Assembly (NCBI GenBank): GCA_964016885.1 | Contig: OZ024743.1 | Location: 52,886,001 to 52,950,000 of the forward strand | Origin: Eledone cirrhosa | Lineage: Eukaryota | Direction: 5' to 3' | Length of the DNA stretch: 64,000 nucleotides | In this document: positions 27,155-40,686 of the stretch, in pieces | How positions within the stretch are numbered: position 1 is the first letter of the stretch | Layout of the letters: each line of letters starts with the position of its first letter | Position numbers and translations under genes: made by a program | The notes under the pieces: generated by a model | Database searches by the model: none | Seen by the model: the letters and a program-made list of their open reading frames with translations, nothing else | Told to the model about the DNA's origin: nothing

Positions 27155-27865
27155 GTGGTTACACAACAGTTAGTTCACCATACCGAGAACAATTGTTTCA
27201 CCTTAGTGGATCTTCAGCTCGGAATGGGCATGGTTATAGGAACAGGAAAGACAACCGTACGAACGCGCATGTGCAGAAACCGGTCATTTGACACAGGCAA
27301 TACTAGACTGCGTGCGAGGGGTGTAAGGGAGATAACTGCGAAAGTCCGAAAATTTTTTAGGTTGAAAATAAAATTACGAAGAATCAGTCCGGAGCCTTGT
27401 AATTATGCAATAGGTGTTTGGCGACGTGTGAAAAATTCATTTCTCGTGTTTAGGCAATCACTATTGCGTAATCTCTTTAGAATAGTTATTCGTTCGTCAA
27501 TACATAAGCCACACGTCGGATTTCCCCTTGCGTATGGCTTGGACTTAATGATGGCTTTCCATGGAGTAGTCTATACTTGAGTTCTTGAGGGACCATACGT
27601 GGCTCGTGAGTTTCGTGGATGAACGTCTGTCCGGGTATCTGAAGGTAGACTGGTGGTTCAGGAAACGTTCCTTGAATCGGCCCTCCGCCATGCTCACATA
27701 GGATTTGACCTCCTGTGGTTCGTTTGGTCGGTTGGAATTGACCACAGCTTCATAGATTACAGCTGGTGTGTTGCATTGCTGTTGAAGGAGGCAAGCTTCA
27801 GGCTTACGGCAAGAGCACCCTGGTGGGTTGTTGCTCCCAGGGCTACTGGTGACGTGGGCCCTCAT
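27152..27865 (-). mobile_element. 5'-truncated Penelope-like element (GIY-YIG endonuclease plus 3' repeat region)
   Basis: GCSCRKPEACLLQQQCNTPAVIYEAVV...KSYVSMAEGRFKERFLNHQSTFR...STKLTSHVWSLK; hammerhead downstream; abuts (TA)n. Confidence 0.85.
27183..27222 (-). ncRNA. Minimal hammerhead ribozyme in the 3' region of a Penelope fragment
   Basis: ccgag CUGAAGA uccacuaaggu GAAA caauug UU cucgg; palindromic stem III ACAAUUGU; about 320 nt downstream of the GIY-YIG ORF 27545-27865. Confidence 0.75.
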
Positions 27866-27869
27866 GCTC

Positions 27870-30800
27870 TTAGCGCATATATAAATAAATTATACAATTA
27901 TCAAAGTTGTGTTCAAATCATTTAATAGCTGACAATCGTTTCTTCCAAACTCTCGTTTGGAGTCATCGGAGCATTATCAATGTTTGCACATATAATTACC
28001 CTCCTATCCAACTGAACAATAATATAGATACATATAAATTGATGTTGTGAGCAACAATTTCGTATTTGCAGGGTGGAATGGATGTGACATATATTTTACG
28101 AGAATTGTACAATAATTGTACAAACATTCAAGTTCAAATTCAAATTCAAATTCAAATTAAAATCAAAATCAAAATCAAAAACATGGAGTGGAATACATGC
28201 AACAGTTAAAACAAGGGAATAGTCCAAATATTAAGAAAGCATTGAGGAAGCAGCTTTGAGAAAGGAAGAGTGCGATAACAAATCATATGCAGGCGTGTGG
28301 ATAGTGTGATTGCGTAAGTCATATACATGAGAAGGAGACAAGCAAAGCTATTATGCATATATAGATGAATAAATAATGCAGTTGAAGCAAATATGTTAAT
28401 GTATTAGAGTCTATGGTGGGTGTTGAATGTTGATGGTGTTCGAATTAATGTGTGTTGAGAAACATACAGTTTTTGCATACTTTTCCATGACATATGTTGA
28501 ATTAAATTTCAGTTAATGTTTATATTGAGTGTTTTAAGTTAGTTAGAGCAATGGATCGTAAATTAGTCTTAATGAATTCATATTCATAGACTATATTTGA
28601 TCAACCGTTAAATTTTCAATCGTTAATTTCCGGAAGTGAATAAGGGGAGCTAATGCGTAAGAGGAGGTAACTAGCTAATTAAGTTCAATTCAGTTATTAA
28701 AATTCTTTGTTCTAATACACAATATAATGTGATACCATTGGATCTCTGTTACATACCCTGTATATATATGCCTGATTTTAAATACAGTGTATTCTACTAT
28801 CATACATTAAAGGTTTCTTTAGATTGTTATCTATTCATTACTGGACAAGGTATATGTTATGAAGGATTATACAGCTATTAATATGTCATAGTAGATATGC
28901 CATATGTGCAATAATATAATCCCTAATATAGAATACTATTACATTCTATATTTAATTATAAGTGTATATATACTTTATTACTATTATGTTGTGTAATTTA
29001 AGCATTTAATTATACAATTACAAATGCACACTTAGTTTATCATCACACATTACATTAAATGTCTCTACATACCAAGTGCCAAATATCCATTACTGTGTAA
29101 GATATAATTAATCTATTGTAGTTATATCACAAGGTGGTAACTCTATGTCTAAATCTAACTGCTATTGCAGAGCATAAGGTTATAGATGAATAGGAGTTGT
29201 GTAGCGGAAAGAGTTGGTCGAGGGGTTTGTGGTTGTGGGTGCTGCTAAGTCCTAGATGTGTAGTGTCAATGGTGGTGGGGAATTCAAATCTGACATTGTT
29301 GTATACTAACAGCTAGGTTTAAAGTTATGGAACGAGTGTCGGTACCGGTGTTGGCACGAGGAAAATGTCTCTGACTTTCTATTCAGGAGGTCTAGTTTCG
29401 AAAAGATTATAGTATGGGTCTCCAGAAGGCAGAGATTACACAATTTATTCGGTGGTTTATACGATGAGGCCCTACCTACTACTTCCCATTGGAGTGTAAA
29501 TGGTCTATTCCTAGTTTTCAGAGAGTGTATGTAGCTAGATAAAGAAGTGGAGCTGGCTAGATTGTGTTTCTTGAAAGAGTGGAGGTGCGAGTTGTATCTC
29601 GTCTTGAAGTTGTTTGAGGTAGAACCTATATATGTTTTAGAAGAGTTGTTTGCGTTGACGGTGCATGAGTAGATGATGTCTTTAGTTAAGCAATTATTAC
29701 CTAAGGGGCAAGTTCTGTTAGTTCTACAGTTACATTTATTCTGAGTGTTAGCTTGCCGGTTCCTTTGTTGTGAAGAATTCTGGTTGCTAGGGGTAGCACT
29801 AGGGTAATGATGCCCATCATTCGTATTGTTATTGATTTCATTAGTGCTATTATCATTATTACTATTATTACTATTATTACTACTATTGTTTACAGGTACT
29901 AAGTTTACCTCCTGTTGTGTTTTAATTAGTTGGAAATAGTTATTAATCTTCCTTTTATTACTACTAGCTATATGGTATGCTATGTTAGGTGTGGTGGAGT
30001 ACGATATTTTAATTGTATTTTTATTGATAACGCTATGGTACTTGTGGCCGGTCGGGAAGTTTTTTTCTAAGATTGAGAAGAAAGCCTTAGGCAAGTTGGT
30101 AGAGACGTTTAGATTGAAAGGGGGATTGAAGAATGTATTAGCTCTCCTATTTTTGTTTATATTATTATTTTTTTAGGTATTCATATCCCTGTTTAAATTA
30201 TTATTGTGGTGTTTAATTTGGTGCGAGTTAAGTTTGGTATTAATCTTCGTCTTAGAGTTATAGTGGTTAGTGTTTTTACTATTTTTCCTCATGGCCATAT
30301 TATGATATGAGAAATAATGTTGTAACTATGTGATTTTATAGGTAGGAATTCAATCTCATTCTTATGTCCTGATTTAGCTAAGGCCTCATTATAGTATTGT
30401 GAATTATTGTTAAATATAGTTTCATTATATGATAGATTAGCGATTCTATTAGATATTCCTTTGGTAATAGAGTTTAATATGGATTTAGGGTGGTTAGAGT
30501 TGGTGTTCACATAAATTAGTTTTTCTTTAGGTTTATGATAGGGTGTGTATACTCTAGAGTCTAGGCTAAGGGTAGCGTCAAGGAAGTTGACGTTTTTAAT
30601 GTTTTATCTAAGGTGATACTTAAGTTGTAGTTTTTGAAAATTTTGTGTAACTGTTTCTTAGTTCTTTCTATATTAAAATTTGTATAGTCTATGAGAAGAA
30701 GCGCATCATCGCGCTATAAACCACCGTTGAGGTAGGGTAGGTTCTTATGGATTTCATTAAGTATGTATAGGCCCACCAAATAGGTGACCTGCGCCGAGTC

Positions 30801-31180
30801 ACTAGATCCCATGGTTATGTCGAAGTTGTTATGCGTATCCTTGCGGGTCCATAATTGTTCTTCAAATGTGATTATGGTTTTTCGGGCCGCAAGTATGACA
30901 TCAATTTGGGATCTAGTCAGGTCACTATTGTTCATGGCCATAATAAGAGCCTTATTTAATAGGATAGGGGAAATAGAGGTGTAGTAAGAATTGATATCAA
31001 ATTGTATAAATTTTTTATTTTTACACTCTTTAATACCCTTGAACCATTTAATTGGTTAAGGTATATTTTGTGCTTAAATTGTGGGATTATTTTATAATAT
31101 TTTCTTGCTGATAATACGAATGCCAGACTTGGAAGGGCAAATCAGTCTAATTGAAGAGTTACTAATGAAGTCTTTATTAT
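27870..31180 (-). mobile_element. Penelope-like element: disrupted RT plus GIY-YIG endonuclease
   Basis: RT pieces (QFDINSYYTSIS; FDITMGSSDSAQVTYLVGLYIL; GGL*RDDAL; NFLDATL; YHKPK; NSNHPKSI) and ORF 29306-30094 with CNCR..CPLGNNCL..IIYSC..YIGST..FKTRYNSH..CNLCLLE..LLNRKSE..CQHR. Confidence 0.92.
27924..27975 (-). ncRNA. Hammerhead motif (U4>C variant) downstream of a Penelope element
   Basis: aaugcu CCGAUGA cuccaaacgagaguuuggaa GAAA cgauug UC agcuauu; 7-bp stem II and a GUC cleavage triplet. Confidence 0.65.
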
Positions 31181-31312
31181 TTATTTAACTGCTCTGTAAA
31201 ACAACTGATGTTCATACATTGAGCTATTTCTCTTACTGGTAATAAGGTAATTAAGAAATAACTGACCTTTCTGTTTATAGTTGTTTATACTATATACATA
31301 ACTATAAATAGT

Positions 31313-31381
<69 letters not shown>

Positions 31382-32378
31382 CGAAGTAAGTGTGGTAAGG
31401 AACCAGGTGGACCATAACGCGCCAGAGTACTCGATACTTAGGGTAGTAGAATGGGTAATAGGAAAATGTTCAAGACCTCGACGGCAGAGCTCAAGCCGTT
31501 TCGACGGCTATTTCTGGACGACGGCTATTTCTGAATGAGTCCAGAAAAAGCCGTCGAAACTGCTTGAGCTCTGCCGTCGGGGTCTTGAACATTTTCCTAT
31601 ATATATATATATATATATATAACGAAGGAAATGTGGTAAGGAACCAGGTGGACCATAACGCACCAAAGTACTCAATACTTAGGGTAGTAGAGTTGGTAAT
31701 AGAAACGAGTAGGACCCCAACGGCTGAGCTCAAGCCGTTTCGACGGCTAATTCTGGACGCTAATTAGTTGCCGGTCAAGCAGAAATTGAAATTCTAATTT
31801 TCAATTTCTGCTTGACCGGCAACCGCTCTGTATAATCAGTTCCTGATTATTTACTAGAATTCTATAAGAACCAAACATCCATGATTTCAGCAAACAGGAG
31901 GAGTAGTTGGCTTTGATAAGCATCAATAAATGCGAAACAAGGCCTTGTCAGCTTTATCTCTCCCTGTTTGCTGAAATTAAAATAAGTGAGTCTGTCACTA
32001 TCTAAAACAATAGCATAAGGTCTTCGAAATGCTTTTAATTAAGCTACAGTGTATTGCAAAATACACTATATATACATTCATATATATATAGCTATTTCAG
32101 AGCACCAATTCTAATATATATATATATATATCATCATCACCGCCATCATCACCGTTTTACGTCCGTTCTTTCATGCTAGCATGAGAGAGAGAAAGAGAGA
32201 AAGGGAGAGAGCGAAAAAGAGAGAGGGGGACAACATCGTTGCAGAGGACATTAACCTTTAGCATGAAAGGAAATATTTTGGAAATATTTTCGCAGATTGT
32301 AATGTTCGTATGTGACAGTGGGACAAAAAAAGGCTGTACAAGATTAAAATATAAGTTTTCAGGTGAGACGTCAGTCAC

Positions 32379-32496
32379 CTGGCTTTTGAAAACAACTTGG
32401 CTGACCTTGTGGTAGGTAATATTCTTCTGAAGCAGGAGGTTTCTTAGTACACGATAAACAGGAACTTTTTAAAGTTGGACGAACATTCTGTAAAGT
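32379..32496 (-). CDS. Possible MMP N-terminal exon
   Basis: tatttttacag|ACT...CCA G|gtgact; open frame TLQNVRPTLKSSCLSCTKKPPASEEYYLPQGQPSCFQKP. The phase 0 start fits exon 1, but the phase 1 end does not fit the 24974 candidate. Confidence 0.25.
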
Positions 32497-32774
32497 CTGT
32501 AAAAATAAATTTTATTTCAACACAATAAAAACAAATAAACAATTTTTAATAATTGTTTCTACTTTTGGCACAAGGCCAGCAATTTGAAGGGAGAGTCGAT
32601 TAAATCGACACCAGTGCGTTACTGGTACTTTATTTTATCGAGCTGATAAGGATGGAAGGCAAAGCTAACCCCGTGGGAATTAGAAGTCAGAATGTAAAGG
32701 GCCGTAACTCTATGCCACAAAGCATGTAGTCTGACACTCTACTGATACTACCAACCCACCACCCAAATAATAAT

Positions 32775-33490
32775 AATTCTTTCTTTATTGGCCACAAGGG
32801 CCGAACAAGACAATACAAAAGACAAAGATGATTTACAAAATAGGGAAAACTTGTAAACTAATAAAACAGATAACAATAAATGAATAACAATAAATCTTCC
32901 CAATAAGGGTGAGCCCCACCCAGAGGTAACGTAGGAACTCCACTAACCCTAGACCATCCTAATCTCCAAGAGCACCATAGGAAGGCAGTTCTCTCCTCTC
33001 GAACCTCTCCAGCTTACAGGCCTATGTCACCTTGTTCACCACTTTTTAGCAACAAAGAAGCAGCACATCCTTCGCCACCCTCACCCTCCTTTCCAAAGGG
33101 AACTTGAAAACGTCGACAAGGGCTTGGCCGAAAAGGAAAGCGTCTGTCTTCAGTCCTTTCAACCGCATCCACCATACAACCTCTTTCGCTACAATTACTA
33201 AACAGAGGTAGACTACCTACCTTTCCCAGCCTAAAGAAGGTGGCAGGGCGATCTTCACGATGGAGTCAGCCGATACCCGGATCCGTCCTACACGTGACAA
33301 TAGCTGTTCGACAAAACTCCACAGCTAGAGTCTCCCCGAGAGCGCCGTCGCACTTGCCCACTGCAACTACTTTATAGAATGCTAGAGTGGAGTTTCCGTT
33401 TGTTGCATTACCCGATTGGTAGAGGGCTGTGAGCGTCTGACAGCATTCCAGATGAAGGCGCCCAGTCTCGGTTTTCGCTTGACCCACGAC
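32775..33490 (-). mobile_element. 3' end fragment of an L1/Tx1-like LINE
   Basis: Degenerate C-terminal coding similarity (VIVAKEVVWWMRLKGLKTDAFL) followed by aataaa and an att-rich tail on the minus strand. Confidence 0.5.
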
Positions 33491-33746
33491 TGAAGCTTAG
33501 TCAAAGAGACGAGCTGCGGAATGACGTGCCTAACAAAAAGCGACAACATATGTTCTCCGGTTAGGAATATCTGGAGATGGCGTAGTCACAGTGCATGTCT
33601 GCGCATCATCAGCCACGGAAAGCCTAGCCCTGCGCGTAAAGGATGTTGGCAGCAAATGGACAACCACGCTGGGCTTTCCCATGTCGTATGGGAAGCTCTC
33701 CCTAATGTTTTATATTGTTTCGGGGACATGTGGACTATTGTTAATG

Positions 33747-34535
33747 TGTAGCGGATAAATGTTATTCTTTGATGGATGTTTGATGAAAAGAATAATGCCA
33801 GGATTGTGTTGTTAACAACGTTTATTTTACAATAACAATATGACAGAATTTATCGCTACTTTAATTACTGGCTATCTACTGCGAGCTAGCGTGAATGTAT
33901 GTATCAATACGACGTTACAATATCACAGTGAGACGGAAGAATAGATGAACATAGAATGTAAATAATATAAACTTACTATGTGTGTGTGTGTGTCTATTCT
34001 TAGAATACATTATTCGTCTCGAGGACTGCTGCTTCATGTCTGGCTGTCTGGCTGTGCCTGTGGCCAAGAAGGGGAGAGCCAGTAAGGCCAGGAGAGTGAA
34101 ATAGTAAAAGGTCTGCTGGTGCCTACATGATTATCTCTCACTGACTGCTGCTTAGGGTCTGGCTGTCTGGCTGTGTCTGTGGCCAAGAAAGTGAGAACCA
34201 GTAAGACCAGGAGAGAGAAAGAGTAAAAGGTCTGCTACATCGTTAACCTTAACACTGACTGCTTGCTTCGGTCTCTCTGGCTAGATTCCTTAAATCCTTG
34301 TATTTATAATAGTACTAAAGTTAGAAGGATGTGTATATGAGGTTGATTTATGATCAACCATGTGGATATCGTCTCCCAGGAAGCTGGGTCACAGGTCAAG
34401 TAGTATGTACGTTTATCATCGTTGTCTTGACAGGACAATGGTGGGAACCTTCCAATAATGGGTGGTCCCAGAGGCGAGAAACCTCAGATTCGGTTTCGAA
34501 TCTTCGCCGGTAAAATATAGGAGTATTCCGTTATA
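33747..34535 (-). mobile_element. Solo LTR (Gypsy-like) with a 4-bp TSD
   Basis: Ends tgtagcgga...tccgttata form a short inverted repeat, flanked by AATG on both sides. TATA-like and aataaa signals lie on the minus strand; internal duplication of about 120 bp (34022-34260). Confidence 0.6.
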
Positions 34536-34869
34536 AATGTTTGTGGCACTTTAAAAATGCTGGTCCCGAAATCTCACTCTCTCTTTCAATGTCTTTATTT
34601 CATGCTATGAGAGTCACCAATTCTTCGTTGGCCCTTGAAGTCTGGTGTCTGTGGTTGGTTGTTGCGTGTGTTCTCGTTTTGTAGATAGTGTTGATGGTGC
34701 TACTGGTGGTAGAAGTGGTTGTGGCGTTGGTGGGATGGTGTTGTAGCTGTATTTGTATTTGTTGTATAAATGGTTTTCGTGTGTTTCTAGAGTGTGTTGG
34801 TGTGTATGTGTTTGGAATGGTGCAAGATATCGAGCCCTCTTTGGATTTTAGTCTTCAAATATATTATTA

Positions 34870-34962
<93 letters not shown>

Positions 34963-35029
34963 ATAATAATAAATTTGAAGACTAAAATCCAAAGAGGGCT
35001 CGATATCTTGCATCATTCCAAACTCATAT

Positions 35030-35560
35030 TGTATTGTTTCTTGGGCTTTTGATGTTCCTGCTCTTCCTCGTTGCGTTGCGATAGGAGGAGGTTTCTGTAT
35101 CTGAGTCATTTGACTCAAATAGGTGTTTTGATGTGGGTGTGTGTGAGGGTGTGTATGTGTGTGTTTGGAAGATGGGGAGAGGGAGAGCTGTGTCGGGAGT
35201 CCCCCTGGTTTTTAAGATTCTTGCTGTTGTTGTTGGTGGTGCTGGAGTTACTGTTTTTTCTAGCTTTGGTGCTGCAGCTGTGGTTGGTGTTGTGGCTTTT
35301 TGGGGCCCTAGTGTTGGCAGCAATAGTACTATATGGTCCCCCGCTGCCTTCTGTAGAGTGCAGAAAGCTCTCAGGTGGGTGGTTTGTCCACATTGGTAAC
35401 ACTTAGGCTTTTTACCCTCAATGACTAACGAGAGCTCTACGCTACCCAGAAGTCGAATTAGGTCTGGGATCTTGTCAATCTTCTCTTGTATGATCTGGAG
35501 AAGTATTTCCAGACCAATCCCAGAGAAGTTCTTCTCCGCTTCTCTCTAGGACAATGTATG
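35030..35560 (-). mobile_element. LINE ORF1/gag-like fragment with a CCHC zinc knuckle
   Basis: LVIEGKKPKCYQCGQTTHLRAFC (CX2CX4HX4C) followed by a Thr/Pro-rich stretch. Confidence 0.7.
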
Positions 35561-35877
35561 CTAGAAAGTGGTGACGCTATTCTCAACCTTTGAACTCAAG
35601 TCCGAGACGTTGTCACGTGACATGATCTCGCTACTAGATGTGGAGAGGGTGTCGTTTCCATTTTTGCAAAAGATTTGTGGGTGTAAATTACAATTGTAAA
35701 GTTCGAATATTTAGGTCTTTGGCACAAATATAATGGAGTATTTATTCTTCAGGGCTAAGACTGATGTCTTATTTACCTTTGTCACAAAATACATAACAAA
35801 CAACGACTTAAATGTGAGATAATAAACTTACGGCAGCTTACAATAACATGTCTTTACAAACCAGTAACAGGGAGAAT

Positions 35878-36420
35878 CATGGTTTCTGATTTAGGTACAA
35901 GGCCAACCATTTTCGGGGAAGGGGAAAGTCGATTAAATCAACCCAGTACATTACTGGTACTTTATTTTATCGACCCCGTAAAGATGAAAGGCTCAGAACG
36001 TAAAGTGACGTAACTCTATGCCGTAAAGTTACGTCACTTTACGTTTTGAGTTCAAATCCCACTGGTACTGCCAATCCACCTTTTAGTAGAATAATGATTT
36101 TTAATTTAGGCACAAGGCCAACAATTTGTGGGGAGGGGAACTCGATTATATTGACCCTACTATTTGACTGCTACTGTGTTTTATCGATGTACCAGTCATA
36201 TTCTGAGATCTAATAATTGTTTCTACTTTAGGCACAAGGCCAGCAATTTGAAAGTCGATTAAATCGACCCAGTGCATTACTGGTGCTTTGTTTTAAACGA
36301 CCCCGTAAGGATGAGAGGCAAACATAACTTCGGCGGGATTTGAACTCAGAACATAAAGGGCCGTAACTCTATGCCCCAAAGCAGGGTCTCCGACGCTCTA
36401 CCGAGTCTGCCAATCTATCT
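35878..36420 (-). mobile_element. Cluster of three SINE family 1 copies
   Basis: Same consensus; an internal fold-back near 35995-36060. Confidence 0.85.
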
Positions 36421-36751
36421 CCCTACTGGGGTCTAATAATAGTGATTTTATTAGACATAAACAATTGCACATACAATACATGGAAATTTGGGGAAATGGA
36501 GAAAGATAAACTAGAGAAGGACTAAAGATGTGAGACAAGGATTTTATAAAGTAAACCTACACACACACACACATAACCGTGTGTACACACACACACATAA
36601 CCGTGTGTGTACACACACACACACTTATAACTGTGTGTACACACACTCACATATACATACAAACATAAATACATACATCTAGCCACAAAATGAATACAAA
36701 GCAGAAGCAAACACATAGACATACACACATAAATACATATGTAGGAATAGA

Positions 36752-36811
<60 letters not shown>

Positions 36812-37483
36812 CATACATAAATGTACACATCTCCCCATAAAATGAATGAAAAGCAAATGCAAACACAGATACATATAGAGGTAGAATCACACACACACAC
36901 ACACATATATATATACACACACATATACACATGTATATATACTTGTATATATACATGTGTACATACATGTGTATATACACATGTATACACACATGTATAT
37001 ATACATGTGTATACACAGTGAACCCAGTACAGTCTGATTGACTCTGGAGAGAGGAAAAGAGGTCAAAGGTGAAGGTCATGCAGTGCTTTTTCACCTGTGG
37101 GTTAATGAAATCGTGATGTTCACCTTCACTTAACTGATATATATATACACATATATACACATACATATTCATACATATACATACACGTACATACACGTAC
37201 CTATACACACATAGACATACACATATATACACGTACATACACGTACCTATACATACATAGACATACACATATATGCACGTACATACACGTACTTATACTT
37301 ACAGATAAATGGAAACCAACAAATGCATTCGCATATAAAACATATGCATATACATGCACACACATACATAGCCATACATATCCGTACACATACACATACA
37401 TCAATACATATACATATACATACATAAACGTACACACACAAACATATATATATATATTCATATATATATATATGAATTACTTC

Positions 37484-37539
<56 letters not shown>

Positions 37540-37585
37540 GATATTAAACAAATGGAAACTATATTTATATTTATAAAACCATATT

Positions 37586-37651
37586 TATTTCGTTATATAT
37601 ATTTCTGGGATATCATATTAAAAATATGTTATGCCTTCCTCAGACAAAATA
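37586..37651 (-). ncRNA. Type I hammerhead ribozyme (left arm of a 370-bp palindrome)
   Basis: uauuuugu CUGAGGA aggcauaacauauuuuuaauaugauauccca GAAA uauaua UA acgaaaua. Confidence 0.7.
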
Positions 37652-37790
37652 CAATACATAAGCTGTTTTATAAATAATTAGTGACATACCTTGTGATAAT
37701 GCAACTTCCTTTTAAAAAGTTGATTTTTAAAAGGAAGTTGCATTATCACAAGGTATGTCACTAATTATTTATAAAACAGCTTATGTATTG

Positions 37791-37856
37791 TATTTTGTCT
37801 GAGGAAGGCATAACATATTTTTAATATGATATCCCAGAAATATATATAACGAAATA
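37791..37856 (+). ncRNA. Type I hammerhead ribozyme (right arm of the palindrome)
   Basis: Identical to the 37586-37651 motif, on the opposite strand. Confidence 0.7.
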
Positions 37857-37990
37857 AATATGGTTTTATAAATATAAATATAGTTTCCATTTGTTTAATA
37901 TCGTAAACCTACTCCAGAAACTGTTGAGTGCTTTAAAATCAGTTATAAAATATTTACTCGTTGTAACCCAACAATCTTAAATAAAACTTT

Positions 37991-38073
<83 letters not shown>

Positions 38074-38241
38074 ATGCATATAAATACAAAGATACATACA
38101 CACAGATATTTTTTTATAGAAAAAAATTATAAAAATATTATTTTCTAAAATTAGTTCTAACCATAAAACCATTTTAATTATTGAATAATTTATAATTTAA
38201 TATAAAAATTGAATTAAAAGTTTTTTTCAGTTGTGAATATA

Positions 38242-38632
38242 CAAGTATCGGCTGAAAAGTTCATTGGCTGACTATGAAGGGTTTAGGGCTAGAGCTGTGA
38301 AATCTTGCATGCATTAATTTTAACTCGGTGGATTGGCAGTATCGGTAGAGGGTCGGATGCCATGCTTTCCAGCATAGTTACGTCCCTTAACGATCTGAGT
38401 TCAAATCCCGCTGTGGTTGACTTTGCTTTTCATCCTTACGGGGTCGATAAAATAAAGTACCAGTAATACACTGGGTATGTGTTGGCCTTGTGCCAAAAAG
38501 TAGAAACAATTAATTTTAACTCTTATTAATAAGTGCATTGTTTCTTTCCAGGAACTATGTTGAAAAATAAACTTCATTCAGTCATTCCATGAGAGTATCT
38601 TGGTCAGTCTATGAACTTTCAGCCAACTCTTG
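38242..38632. mobile_element. Tc1/mariner-type MITE interrupted by a SINE
   Basis: TIRs caagtatcggctgaaaagttcat / atgaactttcagccaactcttg, TA on both flanks; SINE at about 38326-38510. Confidence 0.7.
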
Positions 38633-38764
38633 TATATGTGCAGACATATGGTTCTGGTTTCAGTCATTCTGTGGCTACTTTGGGCAATTGTCCTCTACTA
38701 TAGTCTCGGGTTGGCCGATGCCGTGTGAGTAGAATTTGGTAGATGGAAACTGGGGGAAACTCGT

Positions 38765-38856
<92 letters not shown>

Positions 38857-39139
38857 AATATATTATATGTACTTGTGTGTTCATCTGTGTCTGAGCTTAT
38901 GCGACGAAACTTAGCGGTTCGACACAAATGGGAACGATAAAATAAGTAGCAGACTTGAGGTGATATGATCAGCTAAAACCCTTCAAGGTTACCCAATAAA
39001 ACCCAATAAAAGAATATTTATTTTGTAAAATATTATTTTTAGCTAATTTCATGAATAGCGCCGCCATATTTCAAATAATTAATGAAACATTTTGAGGGAT
39101 TTACCAAAATCATTAATTATTTCATTATTAGAAGGGAAG

Positions 39140-39737
39140 GGCGGTGAATTGGCAGTATCGGTGGAGGGTCGGACGCCATGCTTTCCAGCATAGTTACGTC
39201 CCTTTACGATCTGAGTTCAAATCCCGCCGAGGTTGACTTTGCCTTTCATCCTTACGGGGTCGATAAAATAAAGTACCAGTAATGTACTGGGTAATTGCTG
39301 GCCTTGTGCCAATAGTAGAAACAATTATTAGAAGGGCGGTGGATTGGCAGTATCGGTAGAGGGTCGGACGCCATGCTTTGCAGCATAGTTACGTCCCTTT
39401 ACGATCTGAGTTCAAATCCCGCCGAGGTTGACTTTGCCTTTCATCCTTACGGGGTCGATAAAATAAAGTACCAGTAATGAACTGGGTAATTGCTGGCCTT
39501 GTGCCTAAAGTAGAAACAATTATTAGATTGGCAGTCGGTAGAGCATCAGACACCATGCTTTGCGTCATAGAGTTATGGCCCTTTACACTCTGAGGTCAAA
39601 TCCCACCGAGGTTAACTTCGCCTTTTATCCTTACGGGATCGATAAAATAAAGTACCAGTAATGCACTGGGGTCGACTTAGTCGACTTTCCCCTCCCCTTC
39701 AATTTACTGGCCTTGTGCCTAGATCAGAAACCATTAT
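39140..39737 (+). mobile_element. Head-to-tail trimer of tRNA-derived SINE family 1
   Basis: A-box-like tggcagtatcgg, B-box gagttcaaatccc, core ccttacggggtcgataaaataaagtaccag, tail ggccttgtgcc..gaaacaattatta; three consecutive copies. Confidence 0.9.
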
Positions 39738-40293
39738 TAATTTGGTATTTGTAACATAACATGGGTCTTAAAATTATGCTGGAAGAATTTAATTTAAACA
39801 GGAACTATCTGGATTTTTATTTCACAGAATTAGAAGCGATCTGGGGCGGGTATCAAAAGGGGTTATTATGATGTTCTATGTTTTAAAACTTAAAATCAAC
39901 CCATGGCATTAGACTCCATCCTTAAAATAGCTCAAATATGTTTTTATTTGTGTGGTACTTTGCATCTCACATAGAATCGAATTCTAACGTGTTTACAATT
40001 TTTAGAAAGTTCTGAGGAACCCTTTTGATACCAAACTGTCAAGCTAGGCTTTTGTAAAGACACTTGTCTATGATACCAAGCAGTAGATTCGAACCAAGGA
40101 CCTCATGATTACTAAAATACACGACAGAAACAATGTATAGGCACAGCCATGGCTGAGGAGTTTGCTACGCGACTGTGTGGTTTCGGGTTCAGTCCTCACT
40201 GTGCGGTATTATGGGTAAGCCTCAGGTTAACCAATGTTTTGTGAGTGGTAGATGGAAACTGCAGATATCTGTAGAATATATATATATATATAC

Positions 40294-40354
<61 letters not shown>

Positions 40355-40437
40355 TATATATATAATTAAATAGCTCTGTTCTATACATAGAGCACTCTTT
40401 TTTCCTTTGCTTTTCCTTTTGAATTACGTAACACAGT

Positions 40438-40475
<38 letters not shown>

Positions 40476-40579
40476 CACATATATATATGTATGTATATAT
40501 GTGTGTGTGTGTGTGTGTTTTACTGTGTTACGTAATTCAAAAGGAAAAGCAAAGGAAAAAAGAGTGCTCTATGTATAGA

Positions 40580-40686
<107 letters not shown>

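Noticed and set aside
37018-37134. Possible micro-exons (LSEGEHHDFINPQ and SQSDCTGFT) on the minus strand
   Set aside because: Splice-like signals are present, but there is no homology and the implied intron is only about 50 nt; needs RNA evidence.
39145-39230. tRNA gene
   Set aside because: The A/B boxes belong to SINE heads; no full cloverleaf.
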